Made by a program: the position numbers and the translations under genes
Notes under the pieces: generated by a model
Seen by the model: the letters and a program-made list of their open reading frames with translations, nothing else
Database searches by the model: none
What the model was told of the DNA's origin: nothing
In this document: piece after piece, positions 43,461-52,549 of the stretch
How positions within the stretch are numbered: the first letter of the stretch is position 1
Layout: each line of letters opens with the position of its first letter
DNA from: an uncultured delta proteobacterium
GTDB taxonomy: Bacteria > Desulfobacterota > WTBG01
Length of the DNA: 64,000 nucleotides
NCBI GenBank assembly: GCA_963793865.1
Contig: CAWCBP010000001.1
Coordinates: 576,001 to 640,000 of the forward strand
Reading direction: 5' to 3'

Positions 43461-43604
43461 AAAGCCTCCCCGGAGCGGTTAAGTACTGCATATGGGTAAA
43501 TCGTGAGCCCTTCTACCATATGTTGATTTAAAATTCAAGTCATATTTGACATATTTAAAATTTTAAGTTACTTAATAGTATAAATTTCATCGTGATGACG
43601 GGAT

Positions 43605-44069
43605 ATGGAAAAGACACGTTTGGTTAAATTGCTCAAGGAAAGAGATGTACAGGTAACCCCGCAGCGACTGGCCATTTTTGAAAGGCTGGTAACCCGCAAG
43701 GACCACCCTTCAGCGGAGATGATTTACAGCGAGCTCACTCATGAGTTTCCTTCACTGACGCTGGTGACGGTATACAATACGCTGCAAAAGCTTTCATCAT
43801 CAGGATTATGCTGCAAAGTGAATCCGCTCCACAGTTCGGCCCGCTACGATGGAAACACCACGGCCCACATGCATTTGATTTGCAGCACGTGTGAAAAAGT
43901 GCTCGATCTGCACGATGTTCCTTTTTCGATTGAGTTGCCGGACTGGGTTGCCGGCGAATTCCGGGTCGCGAATCACATGGTTGCTTTTTTTGGACTCTGC
44001 AGGCAGTGTCAAATATCGGCCGCGGCCGGATCCACTGAAGGCATCAATCCGGCATCGCGGACGGCGTGA
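43605..44069 (+). CDS. perR: Fur family regulator, PerR-like
   Basis: VTPQRLAI, HPSAE, TVYNTL, RYD...HMHLICSTC and CRQC. Confidence 0.85.
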   Translation: MEKTRLVKLLKERDVQVTPQRLAIFERLVTRKDHPSAEMIYSELTHEFPSLTLVTVYNTLQKLSSSGLCCKVNPLHSSARYDGNTTAHMHLICSTCEKVLDLHDVPFSIELPDWVAGEFRVANHMVAFFGLCRQCQISAAAGSTEGINPASRTA

Positions 44070-44103
44070 CAAACCCCTTTGTCTTGACAAGAGGAGCTCT
44101 GAC

Positions 44104-46168
44104 ATGGCTGATACAGGCAGGAAAAAATCGGGCGATGGGACTGCGGGCAAAAAGAAAATGTCCGGGTTGAAGGAAATGTCAGGTAATGCGAACGCGGCCC
44201 TGGAAACACCGGATATAAAGGGAGCGGAGGCAAAGTCGGCTTGTGAAGCGACCCGGAAAATGATCCGGCGGGCCGAGGAGCTTCAGATATCAACCGTTTT
44301 CGGCCGCGCGGAGTCAATGAAGCCATGTCCCATCGGGGCGGAAGGGAGCTGCTGTAAGAACTGCGCCATGGGACCCTGTCGGGTGCCTCCATCAAAAAAG
44401 GAAGGCGAGCCTGCCAAAGTGGGGCTGTGCGGAGCGTCAGCGGAAACCATAGCTGCGAGGAACTTTGCCCGGATGGTTGCCGCCGGATCCGCAGCTCATT
44501 CAGACCATGGTCGGGGAGTGGCTGAGGTCTTTTTGCTGGCCGCAAAAGGCGAGATACCGGGGTACGGTGTCAAGGACGTCCAAAAGCTTTTGCAGGTGGC
44601 GCTTGATTTCGGGCTTGACGTTGAGCACATGGGGATTAAAGATCTCGCGGTCAAGGTGGGCGAGATGGCGCTGGCGGAGTTCGGAAGGCAGGAGGGGGAA
44701 CTGCTCTTTGCCCGGATGGCCCCCTTAAAGCGGCAGGAACTGTGGCGGAAATTGAACCTTATGCCCCGGGGGATAGACCGGGAAGTGGTGGAGCTGATGC
44801 ACCGCACCCACATGGGTGTGGACCAGGACTATAAGAACCTGACCGCCCAGGCAGCCCGTGCGGCCCTGAGCGACGGCTGGGGCGGATCGATGATTGCCAC
44901 CGAACTGCAGGACATCATGTTCGGGACGCCGGTTCCGGTCAAGGGATCCATCAACCTGGGGGTGTTAAAGGAGGACGAGGTAAACATCATCGTGCACGGC
45001 CATGAGCCGCTGCTGTCGGAAATGATCGTGGTGGCCACCCAGGATCCGGAGATGACCAAGCTGGCCAGGGAAAAAGGGGCAAAGGGGCATCAACCTGGCG
45101 GGCATGTGCTGCACGGCGAACGAAATACTGATGCGGCATGGCATACCCATAGCGGGCAATTTTTTGCAGCAGGAGCTGGCTATTGTGACCGGTGTGCTGG
45201 ATGCAATGGTGGTGGACGTGCAGTGCGAGATGCAGTCAATGCATAGCATTGCCAAATGTTTTCACACGGAGCTGATCACCACCTCGCCCAAGGCGAAGAT
45301 CGAGGGGGCGCGGCACATACAGTTTGATGAGCATGATCCCATCAACACGGCAAAAAAAATAGTAACCGCAGCCATCGAGAACTTTCCGCGTCGCAAGGGG
45401 GAGGCGTTCATACCCAGCGAGACGCACGACATGGTGGTGGGTTTTTCGCACGAGACCATCAACTATCTCCTGGGGGGCACGTTTCGCTCATCCTACCGGC
45501 CGCTCAATGATAACATCATCGGGGGCAGGATCCGCGGCATAGCCGGGGTGGTGGGGTGCAACAATGCGAGAACGGTGCACGACAGCGATCACCTGGTTCT
45601 GATCAAGGAGCTTTTGAAGAATGATGTCATCGTCCTGACCACGGGATGCAGCGCCATGGCCTGCGGGAAAGCGGGCCTGCTGGTGCCCGAGGCCGCGGCG
45701 AAGTACTGCGGTTCCGGTCTGGCGGAGGTGTGCGAGGCGGTGGGGCTGCCCCCGGTGCTGCACATGGGGTCCTGCATTGATAACAGCCGGATCCTGATGG
45801 CGGCGACGGCGGTGGTGAAGGAGGGAGGATTGGGGGATGATATTTCCGATCTGCCGGCGGCAGGAGCGGCGCCCGAGTGGATGAGCGAAAAGGCGATATC
45901 AATCGGCCATTATTTTGTGGCCTCGGGAGTATACACGGTGTTCGGAACCACCTTCCCCACCACCGGGAGCAGGATATTCACCGACTACCTGTTCAAGGGG
46001 CTTGAAGAGGAGTGGGGGGGAATGTGGGATTTTGTGGCCGATCCCATGGAGATGGCCAGGAAGATGATAGCGCACATCGATAAAAAGAGGAAGGCGCTGG
46101 GTATCGATAAAGCCCGGGAACGGGTGCTCTACGATATGGCCATGCGGCGTGAGCTGGAAAGCGCCTGA
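44104..46168 (+). CDS. cooS: Ni,Fe carbon-monoxide dehydrogenase catalytic subunit, frameshifted near 45085
   Basis: CPIG..GSCCKNCAMGPC, AAHSDH, VHGHEP, MCCTANE, DVQC, GCNN, GSCIDN and SEKA; one extra G in AAAGGGGCAT. Confidence 0.95.
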
Positions 46169-46204
46169 TGGCATATGCCCTGAAGGAGCGCAAGGAGGTG
46201 CAGG

Positions 46205-46531
46205 ATGGACATACGCATAGATAAAAGCGTGGTTGAATTTACCCCCGGGAACCCGGCTGAAACAAAACAGCTGGAAGAGTTATGGAGGGTGATTGTCGAC
46301 TGTGCTCGATTCAGCAGAAGGCTGGTTCCCATTGGAGAATACATTCCCGGACAGCGAAACATGGCCAGATTTGCAATAGAAGGGGATGCGTCCCCGGACA
46401 AAAAGATTCCGGAAAAATACGCTGAAAGCGAGGGGCGTTACGTGTGCCTCACCTGCAATAAGTATATAATGCTGAAAAAGGGTGATCAAATCCCCCTTTG
46501 CTGCGGAAAGCTGATGGAATGCTATGATTAG
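46205..46531 (+). CDS. Hypothetical protein with C-terminal desulforedoxin-like CxxC...CC motif
   Basis: YVCLTCN-x12-CCGKLM; SD GGAGG; directly after cooS. Confidence 0.7.
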   Translation: MDIRIDKSVVEFTPGNPAETKQLEELWRVIVDCARFSRRLVPIGEYIPGQRNMARFAIEGDASPDKKIPEKYAESEGRYVCLTCNKYIMLKKGDQIPLCCGKLMECYD

Positions 46532-46710
46532 CCGTCCTGCAGAATAGATTTGTAAAAATTTTTTTGGTGCGCTATATAACCCCGTGGATGAACTGCGGGG
46601 TTATATCTTTTCGGCCTGGCGGTTGTTCTTACAGAACGCTGGCTGTCCGTTGCACCGGGAAAACATGCCGGGACACGCGAGGGACCAGGCAATCAGGCGC
46701 CGCATTCACT

Positions 46711-46941
46711 ATGGACTCCTGCAAACACGAAGTATTGAGGCTGGTGACCGACACGAACCGTAAAGTTCGATGCCGGCATTGCCATCTGGTCATTACCGAA
46801 GCCGAACTGGGTGACAACTGCTGTCCGGAATGCCGCGAAGTCCACCGGGTAAGCAGGCGGGATTTTGAAAAAATAGTTCCCGCGGAGAGCGGGAATGTCC
46901 GCTATTGCTGTGAAGGCTGCGGGGCCATTATTGAGTGCTAG
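46711..46941 (+). CDS. Small Cys-rich putative Zn-binding protein
   Basis: CRHCH, CPEC and CEGCG motifs. Confidence 0.6.
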   Translation: MDSCKHEVLRLVTDTNRKVRCRHCHLVITEAELGDNCCPECREVHRVSRRDFEKIVPAESGNVRYCCEGCGAIIEC

Positions 46942-46965
46942 GAGCGGCATACGTCACGTTGCACA

Positions 46966-47526
46966 ATGCTCATCCGGGGAGGAAGCATACCCGCGGGATG
47001 CGGGGTGCGCAGAGGATACGCGGACATTCTCAAAGGCTGGTGCCGGTCAAAAGGGATCGAACTCATTAACCGCTCCAGAACAGGCGAAAATTCCTTTGAC
47101 GGCGTCCGTTCATTTGATGAGGATATTGCGCCCTTCAGGCCCCGGCTGCTCATTCTCCATTTCGGCATCGATGATGCCTTCGGCTGCGTGTACAAATCCG
47201 AGTTTAAGGAAAACCTGGTGAGGATGGTGAGGAGCGCGAGGGAATGCTGCGAGCCGGTCATCATCATGCCCACCTCACAGTCCTTCGATAGCGCTTATTA
47301 CATGCAGCCGGCACATTTCTATTACCAGATCATCCGCGACGTCTGCACTGACCTGGGATGCCAGATGGTGCCGGTGCACGCCTGCTGGGACAGGCACATG
47401 CGGGAACAGGGTCTTATGCACAAGGATCTGGTGCAGAAGAATGTGCTCCACCCCAATGAGCGGGGGCATGCCATTTTCGCGAAGGCGATTATTAACCGGA
47501 TTGAGCTTATTGGTCTCGCGGGATAA
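46966..47526 (+). CDS. SGNH/GDSL hydrolase-like protein
   Basis: GGSI, FGIDD and LHPNERGH motifs. Confidence 0.75.
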   Translation: MLIRGGSIPAGCGVRRGYADILKGWCRSKGIELINRSRTGENSFDGVRSFDEDIAPFRPRLLILHFGIDDAFGCVYKSEFKENLVRMVRSARECCEPVIIMPTSQSFDSAYYMQPAHFYYQIIRDVCTDLGCQMVPVHACWDRHMREQGLMHKDLVQKNVLHPNERGHAIFAKAIINRIELIGLAG

Positions 47527-47629
47527 AGGGGACTGGAAGGAAGGCGCATCCGGGCGTCGGGGGCAATGCACGGTATCCTGCTCCGCTCCGACAAAAAGGT
47601 TTTTGCAACAGGATGGTCCGTTTTATCTG

Positions 47630-48889
47630 TCAGGACCGTCCTGTTTTTTTTATGCGTGGTACCCGGCAACCGGTTTTTTTAAATAAAATCCAGGCGGTAA
47701 TAATGGAAGCGGCAGTAATCCAATTCGGCAGGGTAAAATGATGCCCTACAATGAAGCCTCCCATGAGCGGTGGCAAAAATTGGGTTAAGGCCAGCACAGA
47801 CTGGTTAATGCCCAGGATTTCTCCCTGGTTTTCAGCGCCGCCGAGCCCGGAGATGAGTGCCGTTAAATTGGGGTTTGAGAGGCCGTTCAAGAGCGGGATA
47901 AAGGTGATCATGGGGAAAAGAAGGGAAAAGCGGGGAACCAGCAGGAGAAGAGGGAAAATGAGGGCCAGCAGCAGCAATGAGACGCTTAAGACCTCCGCGG
48001 GCCTGAACCGTTTTGATATTGCCGGTACGACCATCATCTGGGTGAGAATTGCACAGACTCCCACATAGGAGAATACCATGCCCAGCTGGGATTGCGTGGT
48101 GGAAAAGGTGTCGATAAGGTACAGCTGAAAAAACTGGGTGAAGAAATTGAACCCGAATCCGAGAAAAAAAACCACAAGAAACATGGACCGGTGCACGGAA
48201 TCCCGCATCGCCCTGATAACATTGGCCGGGCCGATCAGCATGTGCAGATCCCGGTGCCGCCTCTTTTCCTGAGGCAGTGTTTCTGAAAATTGCCACACCA
48301 CCTGGATAAAATTGAGCCCGGTCAGAAACGTGGCAAGCAGGAATGGCGTGGCGTAATTGCACCAGGGATGTACAGCGGGATCCGAGAGAAACCCGCCAAG
48401 CGCCGGGCCGATAAAAAGGCTTGCCCCGAACGCTGCGCCGATGAGTCCGAAATTATTTGCCCGGGACTGCTCGTCGCTCAGGTCAGCCATGGCCGACTGG
48501 GTAACCGCAAGACTGCCGGAGAAGGAACCCATGATGATGCGGCCGAGGAAGGCGAGCGGAAGGCTGGGCAGCAGAATGCTCACCGCCATGATCACGTACC
48601 CGATTGCCATGCCGACCAGAGAAAAGAGCAGCACCTTCTTCCGGCCGAACCGGTCAGAAAATGCACCCAGTATCGGTGCGGCGAAAAACTGGCACAGAGG
48701 AAATATGCCCACCAAAAATCCCAGTATGGTGGTTCTCACAGGGATGCTGGTGCCGGCCGCGATGATGCCCCCGTCTTCCTGGAGACAGAGCGGGGTAAAA
48801 ATAGGTATGGCAATGGTAAGCCCTATAAAGTTGAGGAAGGCGGTAAAAGCAATGACATTGAGGTCGCGGCGGAGTCGTTTCTTGTCCAT
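47630..48889 (-). CDS. MFS transporter (DHA1/TetA-like)
   Basis: GAFSDRFGRKKVL motif A; about 12 TM; GPALGG. Confidence 0.9.
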   Translation of the reverse strand: MDKKRLRRDLNVIAFTAFLNFIGLTIAIPIFTPLCLQEDGGIIAAGTSIPVRTTILGFLVGIFPLCQFFAAPILGAFSDRFGRKKVLLFSLVGMAIGYVIMAVSILLPSLPLAFLGRIIMGSFSGSLAVTQSAMADLSDEQSRANNFGLIGAAFGASLFIGPALGGFLSDPAVHPWCNYATPFLLATFLTGLNFIQVVWQFSETLPQEKRRHRDLHMLIGPANVIRAMRDSVHRSMFLVVFFLGFGFNFFTQFFQLYLIDTFSTTQSQLGMVFSYVGVCAILTQMMVVPAISKRFRPAEVLSVSLLLLALIFPLLLLVPRFSLLFPMITFIPLLNGLSNPNLTALISGLGGAENQGEILGINQSVLALTQFLPPLMGGFIVGHHFTLPNWITAASIITAWILFKKTGCRVPRIKKTGRS

Positions 48890-49019
48890 AGTATGTGCCG
48901 ATAAAGCCCGGAGTGATTAGGTTTTGCAAAGCACAGATGAGCCACATGACCGCATGTTAAATTGGTTCATATGCTGATAAGGCGTTTTCTTTCAGTGGGA
49001 GGTAAAAGATATGGGATTC

Positions 49020-49622
49020 TCACGTGCGTCGCACAAAGAACAGAGGGAAGACGATATCGCTGAAACAGCAGGGAATCCAGACCGAAACAAACAAAAAGAA
49101 AAAGATGGCGATATATGAGTACCAGAAAAGAGCTCCGCCTAAAGACATGATAATGTGAAACAGTGATGCCCAGGTGCTGAGCAGGACATGACCTGAATGA
49201 GGCACTTTTGTGGTCGGGTAGCAGCACGCAATAAAAATGCCAAGAAATGCCATGGGGTTTACCAGCCACCATTCTTCAATGAACCCGACATGAACACCCC
49301 GGTTGGGCAAGCTCAGCACAATTTCTCCAACATAGGGAATGATGGAATCGCTGAGCGTCGCCGTTCCAATGGAACCTACATAACCAATGGTGATCGGTAT
49401 CAATACCCTGCCGGAATCTTTTAAATGCAACCTGTACATGGAAGTGGTTACCAGAGCGCTCAGCAGAACATGCAAGGGGTGAAGTGTATAAAATATTCGA
49501 TACGAGAGCCCGGAAGGGATGGAAATTGTTGAAACGAGAATCATTAAAACAATGCCGGTAAAGGCCCCGAAGACGGTAAAGGGGGCATGTGATTTTAATT
49601 CAGCTAAGATTATTTTTAACAT
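49020..49622 (-). CDS. Conserved membrane protein with His motifs (possible metal permease)
   Basis: Multiple TM; HAPFT, HPLHV and PHSGHVLLSTWASLFH. Confidence 0.65.
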   Translation of the reverse strand: MLKIILAELKSHAPFTVFGAFTGIVLMILVSTISIPSGLSYRIFYTLHPLHVLLSALVTTSMYRLHLKDSGRVLIPITIGYVGSIGTATLSDSIIPYVGEIVLSLPNRGVHVGFIEEWWLVNPMAFLGIFIACCYPTTKVPHSGHVLLSTWASLFHIIMSLGGALFWYSYIAIFFFLFVSVWIPCCFSDIVFPLFFVRRT

Positions 49623-49786
49623 CCTGCCTGTCTACTTATATGGCTTGGGTTTCCTGACAGTTCTGCTGTTTACCGATTGCGTTTTAGGCGGGGCTGCATT
49701 TTTTTAAATGAGCAGGCATGAATATGCGCACGACAGTAAAGCTGAATGGATAGATAGACTTTAAATCATGGCCGCAGGGGTATATT

Positions 49787-49978
49787 TCAATCTGATTCGC
49801 ACATGGATATGGCTTCCCTTGGACAGGCGGGAATGCACATGCCGTCTAAATCACATCGCTTCAGGTCAATCATTGCCGTGCTCTCTTTGATATAAATGGC
49901 TCCTTGAGGGCATATTCTAATGCATTCACCGCTCAACTTGCACTTTTCCGGGTCGATCCTTATAAGCATTTTAGGCAT
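49787..49978 (-). CDS. Small ferredoxin-like protein with atypical cluster motifs
   Basis: CKLSGECIRICP and CDLDGMCIPACP. Confidence 0.8.
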   Translation of the reverse strand: MPKMLIRIDPEKCKLSGECIRICPQGAIYIKESTAMIDLKRCDLDGMCIPACPREAISMCESD

Positions 49979-50525
49979 AGTATTGGACCATTAGGTAACA
50001 TTATTATTAAGATGCACACCCTTTTCGAGCCGTTTTTGGCTGTCACTGCCCCTGGATGGCATTGATTAGCCTATCCCACCCCGTATTCTTACCTTAACTT
50101 CATATTTAGGACAAGCACAAATTGCGGTTGAGTATGATTATTCCATGCGTGGAAAGTTTTTTTTAAACCTTCATATTGTTTTATTGAGCATGCAAGATTA
50201 CGTTACTAATTTAAACACATTAAATGATTTTTATATGATAATGATACGTTATAAAGATCTGTTATTCCATGATGATCAAACATGCTGATTATATAAAAAA
50301 ATTACAAGTATTTGTTTATTATATACTTTAAAAGTTTGCTATTGACATGCTAGTAATAGTTATTACTATTGAGCCATTAAAATTAAATATTTTATATTTT
50401 TAGTAAATTAATATTATTTTTTAAGCATTTTATTTTGATATAAAACAATAAGAAATAAAAATTTTTATGTGTGGACTAAAAGACTCTGTTTTTTATTAGA
50501 TATTTCTTTAAGAAAGGAGACTGCC

Positions 50526-52010
50526 ATGGCAAGCAGGATATTGCATAAAAAAGATGAAGCGGGCATGGGCATTTCCGGCGGCGACAAGGATAACACTCCC
50601 TCCAGACGGAAAAGACTTGCATTGGTGTTATCAAATGTTTCAGGCAGAAAGCCGTCAAAAGAGATGCGTCCCTTGCCCGGTCATTATGATCGGGATAGTG
50701 AATTCTTTAATCTTGCCGGAGGATTGGAACCGGGGACCACTGACCAGCCTCCCTTTCCGGCACCGTCATCGCTGGCCATATACTTTAAATCAATCAGTAA
50801 ATATCCGCTCTTAAATGAAGAACAGGAAAAAAGCCTGGCACGGTTGATAAAGCATTACGAAAAGGAATTCAATCTTCTGGTGGTTAACTGGCATGTTCTT
50901 CTGAGGAGAAAATTTCTGGAACTGTTCCCCTTGAAGCAGCAGAAGGAGATTATGGCTGTTTTGTGTCGGGAGCACAGTTTCATCCCCTTGTTTGCCGATA
51001 TAGAGCACTTGTTACAGGAGCGCCGGAAAATTAAAGGCATGTTGGAAGGGGCGAAGAGCAGTAAGGATGTAAAGAATGAACTTAAGGAGACGGAGAACAG
51101 CGTAGAGGCGGAAATCTCAAAATGTATTGCTAAAATTAAGATTGATGAATCGCGGCTGAATAAATTTGTTCAGGATATTGAATCCCTTTCATACCGGCCA
51201 TCTGTTTTTAAGAAGAGAAAGCAGGTTGAGCTGGAAATGAAAAAAACTCTGCGTGAAATTGAGAGTGTGACAGCTGAAATAAAAAACATGAAAAACCAGA
51301 TGGTCAACGCGAATTTGCGCCTGGTGATCAGCATCGCAAAAAAATATCTCAATCAGGGTGTGGCACTTGCAGATTTGATTCAGGAAGGAAACCTTGGCCT
51401 GATGAGGGCCATTGATACCTACGATTATGTTCGCGGGCACCGGCTGGTGACCTATGCCACCTGGTGGATAAAGCAGGCAATGATCAGGGCAATTGACTGC
51501 CAGTCCAAGACGGTGAGAACGCCGGTATACGTGGCTGAGAAGTTAAATCAGATTGTGAAGACTGCAAACCGGCTTTACCAGGAATGGCAGCGCGAGCCGA
51601 CGCTCGGCGAGATTGCGGACGCAACCAAAACCCCCCTGCATGCACTCGAAAGCGTGATGACCGTTTCCAGGGATTACATTCCTCTGGAATACATGGCGGA
51701 AGATAAGAACGACGGCGTGGTGGACGCGACCGAGGATTTCAGCTGCGGATCCATACCGGCGCAGGTGGCAGCGGATCAGCTGTCGCAGGCGGTCAATGCT
51801 GTGGTTATGTCGGATTTAACCGAGCGGGAGCGGGATATCATTAAGCTGCGCTTTGGCATTGGTAATGCTCATGATCATACCCTGGAGGAAATCGGCAGGG
51901 AATTCAATTTAAGCCGGGAGAGGATACGGCAGATTTTGGAAACCGCGCTGCGCAAAATGAGAACCCCGGAGCAGCTCACGCTCTTGCGGGAATTTGCAGG
52001 TGCCAACTGA
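50526..52010 (+). CDS. RpoD/SigA-family sigma-70 factor paralogue
   Basis: ANLRLVISIAKKY, DLIQEGNLGL, YATWWI and TLEEIG..LSRERIRQI; SD before ATG 50526. Confidence 0.92.
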   Translation: MASRILHKKDEAGMGISGGDKDNTPSRRKRLALVLSNVSGRKPSKEMRPLPGHYDRDSEFFNLAGGLEPGTTDQPPFPAPSSLAIYFKSISKYPLLNEEQEKSLARLIKHYEKEFNLLVVNWHVLLRRKFLELFPLKQQKEIMAVLCREHSFIPLFADIEHLLQERRKIKGMLEGAKSSKDVKNELKETENSVEAEISKCIAKIKIDESRLNKFVQDIESLSYRPSVFKKRKQVELEMKKTLREIESVTAEIKNMKNQMVNANLRLVISIAKKYLNQGVALADLIQEGNLGLMRAIDTYDYVRGHRLVTYATWWIKQAMIRAIDCQSKTVRTPVYVAEKLNQIVKTANRLYQEWQREPTLGEIADATKTPLHALESVMTVSRDYIPLEYMAEDKNDGVVDATEDFSCGSIPAQVAADQLSQAVNAVVMSDLTERERDIIKLRFGIGNAHDHTLEEIGREFNLSRERIRQILETALRKMRTPEQLTLLREFAGAN

Positions 52011-52092
52011 CTCATCGCTCTCAGCTGTTGTGAAGTTGCCGGTTTTGTGATAGAGGGTATGGTATCAAATTAAAGGCACAGAGGAGTTCAGT

Positions 52093-52542
52093 ATGGTCTA
52101 CCGGGTGATGGTGAGCGGAAGGGATTTTGAAACAGTCCAGCAAAGAATGGAACGGCTGATGCACAATGTATTTGACGAAATGCGTCCCGCCATGTTTGCA
52201 GCCGAAAAGGTATGGAAGCCGCCGGTGGATATCTACGAAACGGCGGAAGCAATAATAGTGCTGGTTGAGGTTGCCGGCATGAGCAAGAAGAGTATTACCG
52301 TGACCATTGAGAACAATGTTCTGAAGATTAGCGGGATCAGGGCAGATTATATGCCGTCGGCCAATACCAAGATGCACCAGATGGAGATCGATTACGGGAA
52401 ATTCGAACGGGTGATACGCATCACCATTCCCATTGACGCCGATAAAACCATTGCCCAGTATAAGGAAGGTTTTTTGCGCATTACCATTCCCAAGCTTACC
52501 AGCAAACAGAAAGTGCAGGTCAGCATGCCTGATGAGGAGTAG
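52093..52542 (+). CDS. Hsp20/alpha-crystallin small heat-shock protein
   Basis: PPVDIYET, YGKFER and GFLRITIPK motifs. Confidence 0.92.
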   Translation: MVYRVMVSGRDFETVQQRMERLMHNVFDEMRPAMFAAEKVWKPPVDIYETAEAIIVLVEVAGMSKKSITVTIENNVLKISGIRADYMPSANTKMHQMEIDYGKFERVIRITIPIDADKTIAQYKEGFLRITIPKLTSKQKVQVSMPDEE

Positions 52543-52549
52543 AGAGAGG

